A DNA stretch of 63,455 nt, filler included, from Actinomycetota bacterium (GTDB lineage Bacteria; Actinomycetota; Actinomycetes; JAKEEW01): assembly GCA_046725875.1 (NCBI GenBank). It is 6 parts of 6 records of this genome, joined end to end, with 100 filler letters (N's around TTAATTAATTAA, not from the genome) between each part and the next. Parts side by side here need not be neighbours in the genome. Positions count along the whole stretch, not along the records: positions 61,533 to 63,455 come from JBKOZJ010000039.1; 5 more parts are not named here. One strand, written 5' to 3'. Under the pieces are notes generated by a model. It was not told where the DNA came from and made no database searches. It saw only the letters and a program-made list of their open reading frames with translations. Made by a program: the position numbers and the translations under genes. This document shows, piece after piece, positions 61,433 through 63,455 of this stretch. Every line of letters starts with the position of its first letter. Within the stretch, counting starts at the first letter, position 1.

Positions 61433-61532
61433 NNNNNNNNNNNNNNNNNNNNNNNNNNNNNNNNNNNNNNNNNNNNTTAATTAATTAANNNNNNNNNNNN
61501 NNNNNNNNNNNNNNNNNNNNNNNNNNNNNNNN
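61433..61532. other. Artificial contig linker
   Basis: N44-TTAATTAATTAA-N44. Confidence 0.99.
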
Positions 61533-61996
61533 AGTCCACGATGGAGGCGGTCGGGCTCCTCCCAGGCAAGCAGAATCTGCGCGGCCGATCCTCCCGTCAT
61601 CGACAGAGCGGCTCCAACCGGCACGGTGTCCCGAAGCCCCGACAGCCGCTCGGCTGCGGCCACGCAAACTCGCACGTCACCCTGACGGCGATAGAGCTGG
61701 GCGCTCTCGCCGGTCATGTCGCGCAGCTGCGCTAGCACCGGTGCGGCCGCGGCGAGCAGGCGGTCTTCGCCCGCCGCCGAGGCAAGCTCACCGAGCCGCG
61801 GTCCGAGCACAAACCGTCCCTGCATATCGCGGGCCACCAGCCGGTGGTGCTCAAGGGCAACAGCGAGCCGGTGCGCGGTCGGTCTGGCGAGTCCGGTCGC
61901 CCCAACAAGGCCGGTCAGCGTCGCTGGGCCGGCCTCCAGTGCGCTCAAGACGCGCGCCGCCTTGTCCAGGACGCCAACACCGCTAGAGTGGTCCAT
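61533..61996 (-). CDS. ndgR: IclR-family regulator NdgR/LtbR-like, 3' partial
   Basis: [48 protein letters not shown]; divergent from leuCD. Confidence 0.92.
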
Positions 61997-62005
61997 GACT
62001 CGATA

Positions 62006-62032
62006 TTGCCGTCTCGGAATGCGAGATGGCAA
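62006..62032. promoter_or_regulatory. Palindromic operator, probable NdgR site
   Basis: TTGCCGTCTCG-gaatg-CGAGATGGCAA between ndgR and leuC. Confidence 0.7.
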
Positions 62033-62184
62033 GCTTGTTGCCGAACCGCTGCGGATGATCCCGGTACACCATTGGTCGCGCCGCCCAGGGGAGCCGGCGA
62101 ACACGCAAACTGCGTGGCGACGAGACTAGGGGAGCGCGAGGGAGCACATAAGCGACCCCAACGCAACCCCGCGGACAGCGCCCA

Positions 62185-62463
62185 CCCGGTCAGCGAAGGT
62201 GCGGCAGCAAGCCGTGGCCGAGGGTCTGGACCGCATCTTCATCCATGCCGGGGCGGAATGGCGGTTCGCGGGCTGCTCGATGTGCCTCGGTATGAATCCA
62301 GATCAGCTGGCCACCCGGGGGAGCGCAGTGCATCGACATCCAACCGGAACTTCGAGGGCCGTCAGGGGCCGGGCGGCGGACGCATCTCGTGTCGCCGTAT
62401 GTGGCGGCCGCCACCGCGGTCAGCGGGCGGTTGGCCGGCCCGGCCGACCTCCTGCCCCGCTAG
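62185..62463 (+). pseudogene. leuC: 3-isopropylmalate dehydratase large subunit; only ~90 C-terminal codons remain, with frameshifts
   Basis: [29 protein letters not shown] / [16 protein letters not shown] / THLVSP.VAAATA..GRL..PADL, interrupted by two frameshifts; no N-terminal domains. Confidence 0.92.
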
Positions 62464-62503
62464 GCGTGCGCCTCGCGATCCACCTTTTTGGAGTACGAGG
62501 CCG

Positions 62504-63093
62504 ATGGAGCCGTTTACCGTCCACAGTGGACGAGCCGTACCGCTGCGCCGCAGCAATATCGACACCGACCAGATCATTCCGGCGGTCTATTTGAAGCGGG
62601 TGAGCCGAAGCGGCTTCGGCGACGGCCTGTGCGCGGCCTGGCGGCGCGACCCGGATTTCGTGCTCAACGACTCCGCCTACCGGCGCGGTCGATCCTTGTC
62701 GCCGGCGCGGACTTCGGCACCGGATCCACCCGAGAGCACGCGGCATGGGGCTTGCAGGACTTCGGTTTCCGGGTGGTCTTCTCGGCTCGGTTCGCCGACA
62801 TCTTCCGTGGCAACGCCCTCGGTGGCCTCCTTGCGGCCGTCCTCGACCAGGCCTCAATCGAGCGGCTCTGGGAGCTCATCCAGGCTGAGCCAGGCATAGC
62901 GGCGACCGTGAACCTGATCGATCGGGTGGTCTCCTGCGGCCCGTTCTCCGCGCCCTTCGAGGTCGACGAGTACGCGGGCTGGCGGCTGCTCGAGGGACTC
63001 GACGATATCGGTCTAACGCTCTGCCACGAGGCCGAAATCGACGCCGCCGAGGCGTGCCGACCGGCCATCCTGCCGACGGTGACCCCATCCTGA
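62504..63093 (+). pseudogene. leuD: 3-isopropylmalate dehydratase small subunit, frameshifted near 62686
   Basis: [19 protein letters not shown] in one frame; [34 protein letters not shown] in another. Confidence 0.92.
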
Positions 63094-63317
63094 GCGGACC
63101 GATTTCCTTTGAGAGAAGGGCTTTCATCGCACCACGAGGCCTGGGGCTCGGAATTCGGCAGCCCCGCCTCCACGGCATTTGCCGCCGCATAGACGCCGAA
63201 ATCCGTTGCGACACAAGGTTGATTCCGTTGCGTTTCGATTGTGCGATGTGGGATAACGGCCTATCGTGCGTTGTCGGGCCGGACAAACATCCGGCCGATA
63301 GTTTTGGAGGGAAGACC

Positions 63318-63455
63318 GTGAACAAGGCGCAGCTCATCGAGCAGCTCGCAACACGGTTCGGGGGGAACAAGAAGGCCGCAGGCCATGCTCTCGACTCCGT
63401 GCTCGACACCATCACGCGCTCGGTCGTCGGCGGCGAGAAGGTCGCGATCTCCGGC
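63318..63455 (+). CDS. hup: HU-family DNA-binding protein, 3' cut by window end
   Basis: SD GGAGG; MNKAQLIEQL, V..GEKV.ISG; follows leuD as in other actinobacteria. Confidence 0.92.
   Translation, partial: MNKAQLIEQLATRFGGNKKAAGHALDSVLDTITRSVVGGEKVAISG

Noticed and set aside
5579..61532. Recurrent TTAATTAATTAA in N-runs as a biological repeat
   Set aside because: Identical 100-bp all-frame-stop linkers inserted between contigs; an artefact.

Overview
High-GC actinobacterial DNA. It is not one continuous locus: six contigs (1-5578, 5679-15906, 16007-33287, 33388-52574, 52675-61432, 61533-63455) are joined by artificial 100-bp linkers (N44-TTAATTAATTAA-N44). Contigs 1-2 are accessory DNA: a truncated tRNA-Thr att site with repeats on both sides, frameshifted genes, IS remnants, a GTDC1/QTMAN-like glycosyltransferase, a two-component system plus MMPL module, and GNAT/VOC/ABM genes. 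Contigs 3 and 5 overlap by exactly 141 bp and together form the cell-division and signalling cluster that lies near oriC in model actinobacteria (ppiA, rhomboid, crgA, DUF881, class E sortase, pabA, pknB, pknA, pbpA, rodA, pstP, fhaB, fhaA, tRNA-Leu). An integrase scar and a damaged LAL regulator follow it. Contig 4 carries a conservon, gabT, dxr-rip-ispG, an MFS gene, two CapA-family genes, proS and rimP-nusA-ylxR-infB. Contig 6 carries ndgR, a collapsed leuCD pseudo-operon and the start of hup. The best candidate for an undescribed system is a chain of three ATGA-coupled mini-ORFs (MSAR*, MSTQR*, MSTRMH*) plus a hairpin directly before the infB ribosome-binding site, possibly a re-initiation sensor controlling IF2. 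Also notable are a perfect CRP site next to four DnaA-box-like 9-mers downstream of crgA, the attP-like tRNA-Thr junction, and two families of structured intergenic repeats. All product calls come from motif recognition and gene order; no database search was run.
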